64,000 nt of DNA from Anaeramoeba ignava BMAN (lineage: Eukaryota; Protista; Anaeramoebae): assembly GCA_028826165.1 (NCBI GenBank), contig JAPDFW010000121.1, forward strand, positions 103,234 to 167,233, in the 5' to 3' direction. The notes below the pieces were generated by a model. That model was given only the letters and a program-made list of their open reading frames with translations, was not told the DNA's origin and did no database searches. Within the stretch, counting starts at the first letter, position 1, and every line of letters begins with the position of its first letter. Shown piece after piece: positions 13,721-27,900 of the stretch. A program made the translations under genes and the position numbers.

Positions 13721-16700
13721 TTATTTTTTGAATGAATTTTTTTTCAGATTTAATTTCAAATTTAAATGAATTTTTTGATTTTCTTCAATTTGATGTTCAT
13801 TTTCAATTTGATTTTCATTCTGATTTTCATTTTCATTTTCTTGAAAATCCAAACCACTTTTCGAATCTTCAGATTCAGTAAAATTTTCTAAATCAGTCAT
13901 TTTATATTTTGAAAAATTTCTTGTAACTTTTGAATGATCCACATTATCTTCATCAAGTAAAATATGATCAACAGTTGAAGAATCTGAATTTTCTTTAAAG
14001 CATTTTCTTTTTAAAGAAGAAATAATTTGATGTCTTATTGATTTGACAAAAACAATAAAAATAAGAAAATCCCAAATTCCTTGACTTGGAAGAAACCAAG
14101 CTTGAAGAACATCAAGGGTTTTGGATGAAGATACATTCGGTTCAACTAAAGAACGAACTCTATTTATTGTTGATGGAAGTGCTAATACTAAATAAACTAA
14201 TGGAATTAATGTCATTCTTAATTGTATTCTTAGCTTTTCTTTCTTTTTCCTTTTTTCTGAATCTCTTGCTATATTTGATACTGATTTATTAATTCTGATC
14301 TTTCGAATACATAAAACGTAAATTATTAATATTATAACAAGGAAAAACCACCAAATTGAATAGATTGTCCAAATAAGAAATGCTTCTTTTGGATAACACC
14401 TTTTTAATTTTAATTTTGATTTTGATTTTGATTTTAATTTTGATTTTGATTTTTAATTTTGATTTTAATTTTGATTTTGATTTTAATTTTCATTTTGATT
14501 TTGTAATTTTGATTTTGATTTTGATTTTGATTTTGATGATTTTGATTTTGATTTTATTTTTTTGAATTTTTGACCTTTTGATTTTGATTTTGATTTTGAT
14601 TTTGATTTTGATTTTGATTTTAATTTTGATTTTGATTTTGATTTTAATTTTGATTTTAATTTTGATTTTGATTTTAATTTTGATTTTGATTTTGATTTTG
14701 ATTTTGATTTTGATTTTGATTTTGATTTTAATTTTGATTTTGATTTTTATTTTGATTTTAATTTTTTTGATTTTTTGAATTTAATTTTGATTTTGATTTT
14801 GATTTTGATTTTGATTTAATTTTGATTTTGATTTTAATTTTGATTTTGATTTTGATTTTGATTTTGATTTTGATTTTGATTTTGATTTTGATTTTGATTT
14901 TGATTTTGGATTTTAATTTTGATTTTAATTTTAATTTTGATTTTGATTTTGATTTTAATTTTGATTTTTAATTTTGATTTTGATTTTAATTTTGATTTTG
15001 ATTTTGATTTTAATTTTGATTTTAATTTTGATTTTTGATTTTGATTTTGATTTGAATTTTAATTTTTGATTTTTTTGATTTTGATTTTGATTTTTGATTT
15101 TGATTTTGATTTTCATTTGATTTTAATTTTTGATTTTTAATTTTGAATTTTGATTTTGATTTTGATTTTTGATTTTGATTTTGATTTTAATTTTGATTTT
15201 GATTTTAATTTTGATTTTGATTTTGATTTTGAATTTGATTTTGATTTGATTTTGATTTTAATTTTTTGAATTTTGATTTTTGATTTTGATTTTTGATTTT
15301 TGATTGATTTGACAAAATTTTGATTTTGAAAATCCCAAATTTTTTTTTGATTTTTTAATTTTGATTTTGATTTTTAATTTTGATTTTGATTTTAATTTTG
15401 ATTTTGATTTTGATTTTGATTTTAATTTTGATTTTGATTTTGATTTTGATTTTGATTTTGATTTTGATTTTGATTTTGATTTTGATTTTGATTTTGATTT
15501 TGGAATTTTGATTTTGATTTTGAATTTTGATTTTGATTTTGATTTTTGATTTTTGATTTTGATTTTTGGATTTGATTTTGATTTTGATTTTTGATTTTGA
15601 ATTTGAATTTTGATTTTAATTTTGATTTTAATTTTGATTTTGATTTTAATTTTGATTTTAATTTTGATTTTAATTTTGATTTTGATTTTGATTTATATTT
15701 TGATTTTGATTTTGATTTTGATTTTGATAAAGAAAGGAAATAAAAATATACCAATAAGAACCACCTTTTTGAGGAGAAACAAAAACAATCCAAATAACAC
15801 AAACAATAGTAGATAAAATTTTAAAAATGAGTTTTAAATAATTACAAAAAGAATCAATTTCAAAAACAATTTTTAAAAGAAACAGAAGCAGTCCAAGAAG
15901 GAGTAGCAGTTAACATCACAGCATTTCAGTTTTTTTTGACAATTTTATTTTTGATTTAATGAAAAGATAAGGATAAAAGATTTTGATTTTGATTTTTAAT
16001 TTTTTTAAATTTGGATTTTTGATTTTATGTTGCCATAATTTTTGACCCAAATTTAGCTAATGTTCCACTTGTTATTGTTAATGCTTCATAGCTTTTTATT
16101 TTCATTTTATATTTTTGATTTTATTTTTGATTTTATTTTGCTTTTTTTTAGGAATTTTTGATTTTGATTTTGAATTTGGAAAAAATTTAATTTTTTCAAA
16201 TTTTGATTTTCTTTTTTTTAATTTTTTATAATTTTAAATAAATTTATTTATAAATAATAATTTAATATTAAATTTTGATTTTAAATTTTGATTTACATTT
16301 ATATTTCAATATTTAATTTAAATATTTATAAATAATTTTTGATTTTTATTTTTTTGATTTTTAAATAATTTTGATTTTTAATTTTAAATTTTAATTAGAA
16401 AATGATATAATAAAAAGGATTTTGATTTTAATAATTTAATTATAATTTTGATTTTAAATTTAATTTTAAATAAATTTATTTTAAATAATTTTAATTTTAA
16501 TTTTAGAAAATTTTAAAAGGGTAAATTTTAATTTTTATTTTAATTTTAATTAAATAAAAATTTTTTGATTTTGATTTTTATTTAAATTAAATTTTTTAAA
16601 TTTTAATTCTGTTTTTGATAAAGAAAGGAAATAAAAATATACCAATAAGAACCACCTTTTTGAGGAGAAACAAAAACAATCCAAATAACACAAACAATAG

Positions 16701-17073
16701 TAGATAAAATAACAGTAAAAATGAGGAGTTTTTTTTGTAAATAATTACAAAAAGAATCACGAGTATTAAAAACAATTTTCAAAAAAGTAATAAAAGAAAC
16801 AGAAGCAGTCCAAGAAGGAGTAGCAGTTAACATCACAGCATTTCCAACAACTTGCACTGAGCAAATAGTGCTATTTTTTGATCCTGGTAATGAAAAAGAT
16901 AAGGATAAAAGAAAATCAAATATTGATAAAATAAAGATTAATTTTCGAAATAAATTTCTTAATGATGGATAATAATTTCTTTAAGCTATATATGTTGCCA
17001 TAATTCCTATTGACCCAAACATAGCTAATGTTCCACTTGTTATTGTTAATGCTTCATAGCTTTTATCGCTCAT
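13721..17073 (-). CDS. Second cAR/GCR1-like 7TM receptor paralog (exon 1 has an in-frame stop from a ~12-nt insertion; pseudogene or assembly error)
   Basis: Exon 1 ATG at 17073 (MSDKSYEALTITSGTLAMFGSIG...) to ~16642; exon 2 14399-13721 (CYPKEAFLIWTIYSIWWFFLV...PSQGIWDFLIF); highly similar to the 11875-13352 gene. Confidence 0.65.
14400..15725. repeat. (TTTTGA/TTTTAA)n intronic hexamer expansion
   Basis: Directly visible; increasingly irregular toward 15300. Confidence 0.9.
15725..16600 (-). other. Degraded, deletion-ridden duplicate of receptor exon 1, its upstream region and tandem array 2
   Basis: Fragments of 16615-17600 (e.g. gaaacagaagcagtccaagaaggagtagcagttaacatcacagcattt, ttagaaaatgatataataaaaagga) occur in order, interleaved with TTTTGA. 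Confidence 0.7.
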
Positions 17074-17219
17074 TTCTTATATTTGTTTGTTTATTTTTTT
17101 TTGTTTGATTATTTTGCTTTTTTTCTTTTAGGAATTTTTTTTGATTTGAATTTTGAATTTGGAAAAAAATAAATTAATTTTTTTTTCAAATTTTCCCTTT
17201 TTTTTAATTTTCCCAAATC

Positions 17220-18765
17220 TAATTTAATTTTTAATATAATTTTAAATAAATTTATTTATAAATAATAATTTAATATTTAATTAGAAAATGATATAATAAA
17301 AGGATAAATATTTACATTTATATTTCAATATTTAATTAAATATTTATAAATAATTTATTTATAATTTTATTTTAAATATAATTTTAAATAAATTTATTTA
17401 TAAATAATAATTAAATATTAAATTAGAAAATGATATAATAAAAGGATAAACATTTACATTTATATTTCAATATTTAATTAAATATTTGTAAATAATTTAT
17501 TTATAATTTAATTTTAAATATAATTTTAAATAAATTTATTTATAAATAATAATTTAATATTTAATTAGAAAATGATATAATAAAAAGGATAAAATATTTA
17601 CATTTCTATTTCAATATTTAATTAAATATTTATAAATAATTTATTTATAATTTAATTTTAAATATAATTTTAAATAAATTTATTTATAAATAATAATTTA
17701 ATATTAAATTAGAAAAATGATATAATAAAAGGATATATATATTTGCATTTATATTTCAATATTTAATTAAATATTTGTAAATAATTTATTTATAATTTTA
17801 TTTTAAATCTAATTTTAAATAAATTTATTTATAAATAATAATTAAATATTGAAATTAGAAAATAATATAATAAAAAGGATAAAAATATTTGCATTTATAT
17901 TTCAATATTTAATTAAATATTTGTAAATAATTTATTTAATAATTTTATTTTAAATATAATTTTAAATAAATTTATTTATAAATAATAATTTAATATTTAA
18001 TTAGAAAATGATATAATAAAAAGGATAAATATTTACATTTTATATTTCAATATTTTAAATTAAATATTTATAATTTTTTTAAATAATTTATTTATTTAAT
18101 TTAAATTTTTAAACTATAATTTAATAAATAAATTTATTTTTTATCAATATTTAATTAAATATTTATAAAAATTTATTTATAAAAAATTTTATAATAAAAT
18201 TTTAAATAAATTTATTTACCAATAAATATTTAATTAAATATTTATAAATAAAATTTATTAATAATTTTATTTTTAAATATAATTTTAAATAAAATTTATT
18301 TATAAAATAATAATTTAAATAATTTTAAATTTAATTTTAAAAAATAATTTAATATTTAATTAGAAAATAATATCCCATTTATATTTCAATATTTAATTAA
18401 ATATTTATAAATAATTTATTTATAATTTTAATTTTTAAATATAATTTTAAATAAATTTATTTATAAATAATAATTAAATATTAAATTAGAAAATAATATA
18501 ATAAAAAGGATAAAATATTTACATTTATATTTCAATATTTAATTAAATATTTATAAATAATTTATTTATAATTTTATTTTAAATATAATTTTAAATAAAT
18601 TTATTTATAAATAATAATTAAATATTAAATTAGAAAATGATATAATAAAAGGATAAATATTTGCATTTCTATTTCAATATTTAATTAAATATTTGTAAAT
18701 AATTTATTTATAATTTTATTTTAAATCTAATTTTAAATAAATTTATTAATAAATAATAATTTAAT
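17220..18765. repeat. AT-rich tandem array 2, ~143-bp unit, ~10 copies (degenerate middle)
   Basis: Landmark TTAGAAAAT(G/A)ATATAATAAAAGG at ~17284, 17426, 17568, 17712, 17858, 18004, 18489 and 18633. Confidence 0.93.
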
Positions 18766-19090
18766 ATAATTAAAAAAATTAATAAAAAATTAATAAAAGA
18801 AAAAATTATCTATTTTTTAAGTAAAAAAAATTTTAATAAAGGAAATAAAAGAAATTAAAAAGGAAATATTAAGGAAATCTTTAATAAAATTCATTCCAAA
18901 AAAAAGATCAAATAAATTATTTATTTAATTATTTAATTAAGTTTTAAAATTTTGATATTTTTTGATCTTGTCTTCTTTTTATTTTTAAAATTATTTTTTT
19001 AATTTTTTTATTTTTCATTTTTTTCCTTTTTTTTATTTTCCCAAATTTTAATTTTAACAAAAATAAAAACTCAAAAAAATAAAAAATTCA

Positions 19091-19901
<811 letters not shown>

Positions 19902-20499
19902 TCTTTTTTAAAAAATTATTTTTCTTTTTTCTTTTTTTAAAAATTTCATTAAAATTTTATTTTTAATCCTCTTTATTCTTTTATTTTTAATTTTTATTTT
20001 GATTTTTATTTTGATTTTGATTTTAATTTTGATTTTTAATTTTAATTTTGATTTTCATTTTGATTTTGATTTTGATTTTGATTTTGATTTTGATTTTGAT
20101 TTTGATTTTGATTTTGATTTTGATTTTGATTTTGATTTTGATTTTCATTTTGATTTTGTTTTTCATTTTGATTTTTATTTTCTAATTGATTTTGATTTTA
20201 ATTTTGATTTTGATTTTGATTTTGATTTTGATTTTGATTTTAATTTTGATTTTGATTTTCATTTTGATTTTGTTTTTCATTTTGATTTTGATTTTGATTT
20301 TTGATTTTGATTTTGATTTTGATTTTCATTTTTCATTTTAATTTTCATTTTCATTTTCATTTTCATTTTGATTTCAATTTTGATTTTGATTTTGATTTTC
20401 TAATTGATTTTAATTTTGATTTTGATTTTCTAATTGATTTTAATTTTGATTTTGATTTTGATTTTGATTTTGATTTTGATTTTGTTTTTCATTTTGATT

Positions 20500-22109
20500 T
20501 TCATTTTTGAAAAAAAAGTTTGGTCCTTCTTGTGGTTCAAGAAATCCATGAAAAACAATTGGCGATTCAGATAAATTCCAACGAGCTCCATATTCTTTAT
20601 AAATTATAAATTATAAATTATAAAATATAAAATATAAAATAAATTATTAAAATAATTGGAATAAAAGTTATTTATACCTTCAGAATTACGAATTTCGAAA
20701 GTATTCATTTCACTTTTTTGATTACCATTTACAATCTAAAATAAAAATATTTAATTTAATTTCGAAATTTAAATAATAAATGTAAAAATATTTACAGGTA
20801 ATAAATGAATATTAACCCAAGATAAATCCTTTAAAATTTTAATTAAACATTCTTCTGCAATTTTATTTTGAGCTTCAGTTGAACCACGAAGCTTTCCTTG
20901 TAACCACCAACTCTTTTCTGAACGTGAATAATGCTTTGCCAAAGCACGAGCACCCACAGATAATTGAACAGGTTGTTTTTTTGGTTTTTCAATTTTGATA
21001 TTTTTTTTCCCTAAATTTTCAAGTGTTTTTGCTAACCTTTCTTTTCTTGCTTTTTCTTTCTGTATCATTTTCTGTGTGATAAAAGGTGCATTAAAGGAAT
21101 GGAAAAGTTCTTGGATTGTTGGTGGGAAAATATTATATATAGAACTTAGTGTTATTCTTAATTGCAAAAGAGTTCTAACTCCATCAATTCCAAGTGAATT
21201 TAATAAAGATATCAATTGATTTTCTTTTTGATTTTCTTTTTCATTTTCAATTTGATTTTGATTTTGATTTTGATTTTCATTTTGATTTTCATTTTGATTT
21301 TGATTTTGATTTTGATTTTGATTTTGGTTTTGATTTTGATTTTGATTTTGATTTTCTTTTTCATTTTCAATTTGATTTTCTTTTTCATTTTGATTTTTAT
21401 TTTGATTTTGATTTTGATTTTCATTTTCATTTTCATTTTCATTTTGATTTTGATTTTCATTTTCATTTTCTTTTTCATTTTGATTTTTATTTTGATTTTG
21501 GTTAATAAATAACTCTTTCACTTTATTTGTTAGTTTTGCGATTTCTTGATATCTTTCTTGAATTTCAGGTATATTTTTAAAAGGAATAAATTTATATGGA
21601 AATTCATTTTTTTCTTCCCAAAGCTTAAGTGAATAAATAATGTGTTTATAATATGGTTTAAATGGATATCTAGGAAAATATTTTTGTGGATCCTTCAAAA
21701 AATTTTTATTCTGATTTTCATTTTGATTTTCATTTTGATTTTCATTCTGATTTTCATTTTCATTCTGATTTTTATTCTGATTTTGATTTTGATTTTGATT
21801 TTGATTCTGATTTTCATTCTGATTTTCATTCTGATTTTCATTTTGATTCTGATTTTGATTCTGATTTTCATTTTCATTTTCATTTTCATTTTCATTTTGA
21901 TTTTGATTTTGATTTTCATTTTGATTTTGATTTTGATTTTGATTTTGATTTTGATTTTGATTTTGATTTTGATTTTCTTCTTCTTTTCCTTCATCTAAAA
22001 GTCTATTTGAGATTTCGATCGTTAACCAACTAACTTTTGAAATGTTATTTTCTTGAACTTGTTTTAAAATTTTTAAAAAAATTGATTCAAGAAATTTTAA
22101 AGAAATCAT
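20500..22109 (-). CDS. Protein with the C-terminal domain of plant ASCH-associated proteins (GARALAKH...FEIR...YGARW...FxGFLEP), putative nuclease fold; 3 exons, 3' end runs into QN repeats
   Basis: Exon 1 22109-20796, exon 2 20735-20678, exon 3 from ~20594 give LSVGARALAKHYSRSEKSWW...GSTEAQNKIA...WVNIHLLP-IVNG...FEIRNSEEYGARWNLSESPIVFHGFLEP. The stop codon is not resolved. Confidence 0.7.
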
Positions 22110-22144
22110 TTTATTTTTTGAAAATGAAAAATGAAAAATGGAAA

Positions 22145-22918
22145 ATGATTTAATTTAATATTTAATTTATAAATTAATTTAAAAATATAATTTAATATTC
22201 AATTTTATGTTTAAAATAATATTTTATTGTTTTAGATTTAAATATTTTATTATTTAATTAATAAACAAAAAAATATCAAAAATAAGAATAGATTTAATTT
22301 AATATTTAATTTATAAATTAATTTAAAAATATAATTTAATATTCAATTTTATGTTTAAAATAATATTTTATTGTTTTAGATTTAAATATTTTATTATTTA
22401 ATTAATAAACAAAAATATCAAAAATGAGAATAGATTTAATTTAATATTTAATTTATAAATTAATTTAAAAATATAATTTAATATTCAATTTTGTGTTTAA
22501 AATAATAATTTATTGTTTTAGATTTAAATATTTTATTATTTAAATATTTAACATATAAATATAAAAAATGAGAATAGATTTAATTTAATATTTAATTTAT
22601 AAATTAATTTATAAATATAATTTATTAGTTAATTTTATGTTTAAAATAATAATTTATTGTTTTAGATTTAAATGTTTTATTATTTAATTAATAAACAAAA
22701 ATATCAAAAATAAGAATAGATTTAATTTAATATTTAATTTATAAATTAATTTAAAAATATAATTTAATATTTAATTTTATGTTTAAAATAATAATTTAAT
22801 GTTTTAGATTTAAATATTTTATTATTTAAATATTTAACATATAAATATAAAAATGAAAATAGATTTAATTTAATATTTAATTTATAAATTAATTTAAAAA
22901 TATAATTTAATATTCAAT
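22145..22918. repeat. AT-rich tandem array 3, ~143-bp unit, ~5.4 copies
   Basis: Landmark GATTTAATTTAATATTTAATTTATAAATT at ~22147, 22291, 22433, 22577, 22719 and 22862. Confidence 0.95.
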
Positions 22919-23039
22919 TTTAATTTTAATTTTAATTTTAATTTTGATTTTGATTTTAATTTTGATTTTGATTTTAATTTTAATTTTAATTTTAATTTTA
23001 ATTTTAATTTTAATTTTAATTTTAATTTTAATTTTAATT

Positions 23040-24798
23040 TTAATTTTGATTATTAAATTTTTTAATTAATAAATCAAATAAATTTGGATTTGTTTGATTT
23101 AATTGAAAATAATCAATTCCTGTTTCTAATTCATCAATGATTTCTTGTGTAATTTGAATTTCATTTTTAATTTGATTTGAATAAATCCAATATTCAAATA
23201 TTTGAAATGATTTATTACTTAATTCACTATAATCTGTAACTTTATTTGATTTATCTTCAGTTACAGATAAAAACATTCCTCGATATAATTCACTTCTCAT
23301 TATTAATATTAATTTTGGAAATTTATATTGTTTTTCTTTTCTTTCAATTATAAAATCTTTTTCATTTTCATTTTCATTTAAATAAATTCTTTTCATTGTT
23401 TCTTCAATTTTTTCATTTGAATTTATAATTTCTTTAATTTCAAAATATAATTTTGGATTTATTTTGGAATTGTTTGAATAAATCATTTCAAATATTTGAT
23501 TAGATTCTTTAATTGATTTTTTTGAAATAATTTCTTGAAGTTTTTCAATTTGATTTTCATCTTTTAATCTATATTTTAATATTAATTTATGAGCTTCAAT
23601 TATTTCTCCATTTTCTGTTTTAAATGAAATATTACAAAATTCTTTTCTTTCAAATAATTTTATCAAATCTTCTTCGAGATTGGAAAAAGAAGAAGGAGAA
23701 TAATAAAGAAATGATTTATAATCACCACAAGAAATATGATAATTAGAAATATCTTGATTAAATCTTAATTTAGGAAGTTCAATTTGAATTGGAATTGATT
23801 GTTCTTTTGTATTTCCAATTCCTAATTGAGCATAATCATTATCTCCAAATACTATCATTTTCCCTTTGGAAGTTAAAATCAAATTGTGAAAACATCCAGC
23901 AAAAATTTCAAGAATATTATCATCATTTTTAAATAAGGATGATTTAATTTCAGTAAATTCATAAGTATCTTTATTTTTGCCAAGTCCATTAAAAAAATAT
24001 CTTCCACATGAATAAACTTTTCTTTTTGGATTTTCATTTTCATTTTCATCTTCAATCAACATTATTGAATGAGCATATCCACATTGAATATCAATTATTT
24101 TACCTTTTGGAATATTTTGGATTTTGGTTAATTTTTCGATTCTTTCTTCTTTTATTGATTCTCCTAATCCAACTTGACTATATTCATTATTTCCGCATCC
24201 AAATAATTCTTGATTTGAATTTAAAAGAAAAAAATGATTTGAATCATTTCCTGGAAATATTTTAGAAACATTTTTCATCATTAAAATTGGTTTTTCTGTT
24301 TTTGGAAGTGTTTTAGAATCAAATCCAAGTTGACTATATTCATTAGAACCAAATTCCATAAACATTTTGATTTGAAGTTAATAAATAAATTGATTCAGCT
24401 CCAGAAACAATATCTTGAATTACTTTATCATTTGGATCTTCAATTAATGATGAAATATTGATAAATTCATTTGGATTTTTTGAATTAATATCATCTTCTT
24501 TGGCAAATACATTTCCTTCTTTTGTTAAAATAGCTTCATTTCTATAACCAACAGTTACTTTTTGGATATTTTCAATTTGGATTTTTTCAGGATTTTGGTA
24601 TGAATATTCTATTGCTTTTCCATTTTCAAAAAGGAAAATTGTTGCAAAACCTCCTGATGAAATTTGTTTAATTTGTTTTTCATTTTCATTTTCATTTTCA
24701 TTTTCAAATTTAAATTGAATTGGTTTTGTTATTTTATCTGGTTTATTTTTGATAAGTTTTGGATTTTGATTTTGACCAAAAAATATAATTTCATTCAT
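23040..24798 (-). CDS. RCC1 + BTB family protein with a 1-nt frameshift at ~24352
   Basis: The two ORFs (24343-24798 and 23040-24365) join; the coding strand reads GGAATTTGGTTC where paralogs read GGAATTGGTTC. Confidence 0.85.
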
Positions 24799-24906
24799 TT
24801 TTGAAAAAGAAAAAAATGAAAAATATTTTTATTTTAATTTTTATTTTTTGATTTTGAATTTTGAATTTTGAATTTTGAGTTTTGAAAAAAGAAAACAATC
24901 TCCAAA

Positions 24907-27900
24907 TTACATCAATCGAATGAAACTTTGAATATCTTGATCAGGAAAAATTTGGAAAGGAATTTGTTGAAAATGAACAATTTTTTTGAGAATATAAGCA
25001 ATTTGCCTTATAAAAAAACCATCAGATTTTGAACTGATTTCTTTGATTTGGTTGTAATGAATATTCAAAACAGGAATCATTGGTATTTTTAAATAAGAAA
25101 ATTTGGAAAAAATTGATTCATAACTTCTGTAGTCATTTTCTTTCAGCACCATTGCTGAATAGTATTGGTATCTTTCTTGCACACTGGGGTCTAACTCTTG
25201 CATCATGATTGGAAAGTCTCCTCGATTATGAAGTGGAGACAATGCTTTCATAACCGCAAACAATGAGTTTAAGTTATTGATTTCGCCAAGTCGATAAATC
25301 ATTTTTGCGAAAAAAGTGAAATTTTTCAGCATTTCTTTATCATCCATCGATAATTGTATTGTCTCCCACACAATCTTTGTTAGTTTGTAATTCTGCTGAA
25401 GAATATTGTAAATGTTATTAGTGTATTTATTCTCGTTTTTTGTCAAAGGACGAAGAAAAAATTCGGAAATGGAAACTGTGCTGAAAAGTGTGAATTGAGT
25501 CAACGTAAGTTGATCTGCGAATTCTGTGGAAGTGGCAATATCTTGTATCTTTAGATTTGTTGTTTGCACATTTTTTCCACCAAATATTGGCAGTTGTTTG
25601 GGGAGTTTTGAAGGTATCATTTGGATAGAGCTATAGTTTAAAATAAAATATTGATTTTTATATTTGACTTGAATTTTTTCTTGTTCATTTATATTTCCAT
25701 TTTGGGAAGATAAAACTTCAACAACTTCTCCACGTTCCATTCTGATTTTATTTTCTTTCTCAGTATCAATAATTTCCTCTTTCAAAACAACTGCTAGATT
25801 TTCAGGTATTCCATCAGAATATCCCGAAATGAATGGGAATGTTTCCAGCAAAACATTGCGGAAAACTTTAGTATTCTCATTCTCTTTTTCATGCATTGTT
25901 AGCACCGCGTCGCATTGGCTTGATTTATCTGGATTACTTGCGTGTCTGTCTGAATTGTTGTTGAAAGAATTTGAAATTCGATCGAAATTAATCAATTCTC
26001 TTTCACAAAGTTCGAATAATTGGACTATTTTTATCTTCATAAATCGCCAATCATTATCATGAAATCGGCTCCATGATTTGAGCTTTGGTGCTTTCAATAC
26101 TAGTTCTTGGGTTTGTTCTGTTTCTGTTTCTTTGTTTTCTTGTTCTTCTCCAAATTGTCTTGATTTTTCTTCTTCTATTTTTCTCGGTGAAATTGACTTA
26201 TTTTCTTCTTGGTTTTTCTTCGTGAATTTTGTTCTTGTTATTTTTGGACTTGATATTGGTGAGCTATCTTGACTATATTCTTGGGGATCCAAATCATAGT
26301 CTTGTTCGTTTTTTTCAATTTTTTCTTGGTGTAATGATTTTGCTTTTGATATTGCTTTTATTTTTTCTAAAATGTTCTTTTTTTCTAATTCTTTTTCTTT
26401 TTCGTTTTCTAATTTTCTTTCTTTTTTTTGATGCTTCTTTGCTTCTTTTTTTTTACTGATTAATTTGATTTTGTTCAAGATTTTTTGGTTTTGCAATTCT
26501 TTTTTTTTTTTAGTTTGATCTTCATTTGAATTTTTCATTTTTGTCATCATTTTAATTTTTTCCAATAATCTTTGATTTTCAATTTGTTTTTGTTTTTCTA
26601 AATCATTTTCATCTTTTTCTTTTTCATTTTCAATTTGTTTTTGATTTTCTAAATCATTTTCATCTTTTTCTTTTTCATTTTCTTTCTGTTTTTCTAAATC
26701 ATTTTCATTTTCTTGGATTGTTGTTTCAGAAGTTTCACTTTTTTTATCTTTCTTTAAATTTGATAATGTTTTTTCAATTTCTAAAAGAATATTATAACTA
26801 TCTCCAAAAAGTTTTGCTCCATAATCTTCGTTTTCGCCATTATCATCATCATTTTCAAAATCATTTTCTTGTTTTGTATATAAATTTGATTCTTCTTTTT
26901 TCTCTTCTACATTTTCTTCATTTGGATTTTCATTTAAATTTGTATTTAAATTTTCAGAATTTTTTGACATTTCTTTCACTTTATTGACTACTTTTTGTGT
27001 CTCAATTTCATCTTCATTTGAATTTTTATTTTGTGCCATCATTTTAATCTTTTCCAACATTTTTTGTTTTTCTAAATCATTTTCCTCTTTTGGTTTTTCA
27101 ATTTCATCTTCATTTGAATTTTTTTTTTGTGCCATCATTTTAATTTTTGCTAATAATCTTTGATTTTCAATTTGTTTTTGTTTTTCTAAATCATTTTCAT
27201 CTTCAGTTTCATCTTTTGGTTTTTCAATTTCATCTTGATTTGAATTTTTTTTTTGTGCCATCATTTTAATTTTTGCTAACATTTTTTGTTTTTCCAATAA
27301 TTTTTGTTTTTCTAAATTATTTTCATCTTCAGTTTCATCTTTTGGTTTTTCAATTTCATCTTGATTTAAATTTTTTTTTTGTGCCATCATTTTAATTTTT
27401 GCTAACATTTTTTGTTTTTCCAATAGTTTTTGTTTTTCTAAATCATTTTCATCTTTTTCTTTTTCAATTTCATCTTGATTTGAATTTTTTTTTTGTGCCA
27501 TCATTTTAATTTTTGCTAATAATCTTTGATTTTCAATTTGTTTTTGTTTTTCTAAATCATTTTCATCTTCAGTTTCTTCTTTTGGTTTTTCAATTTCATC
27601 TTGATTTAAATTTTTTTTTTGTGCCATCATTTTAATTTTTGCTAACATTTTTTGTTTTTCCAATAGTTTTTGTTTTTCTAAATCATTTTCATCTTCAGTT
27701 TCTTTTTGTCTTTCTAATTCTTTTTGTCTTTCTAATTCTTGTTGTTTTTCTAATTCTTTTTGTTTTTCTAATTCTTGTTGTTTTTCTAATTCTTTTTGTC
27801 TTTCTAATTCTTGTTGTCTTTCTAATTCTTGTTGTCTTTGTTTTTGTCTCTCTAAATATTGTTGTAATTCTAATTCTTTTTGTTTTTCTAATTCTTGTTG

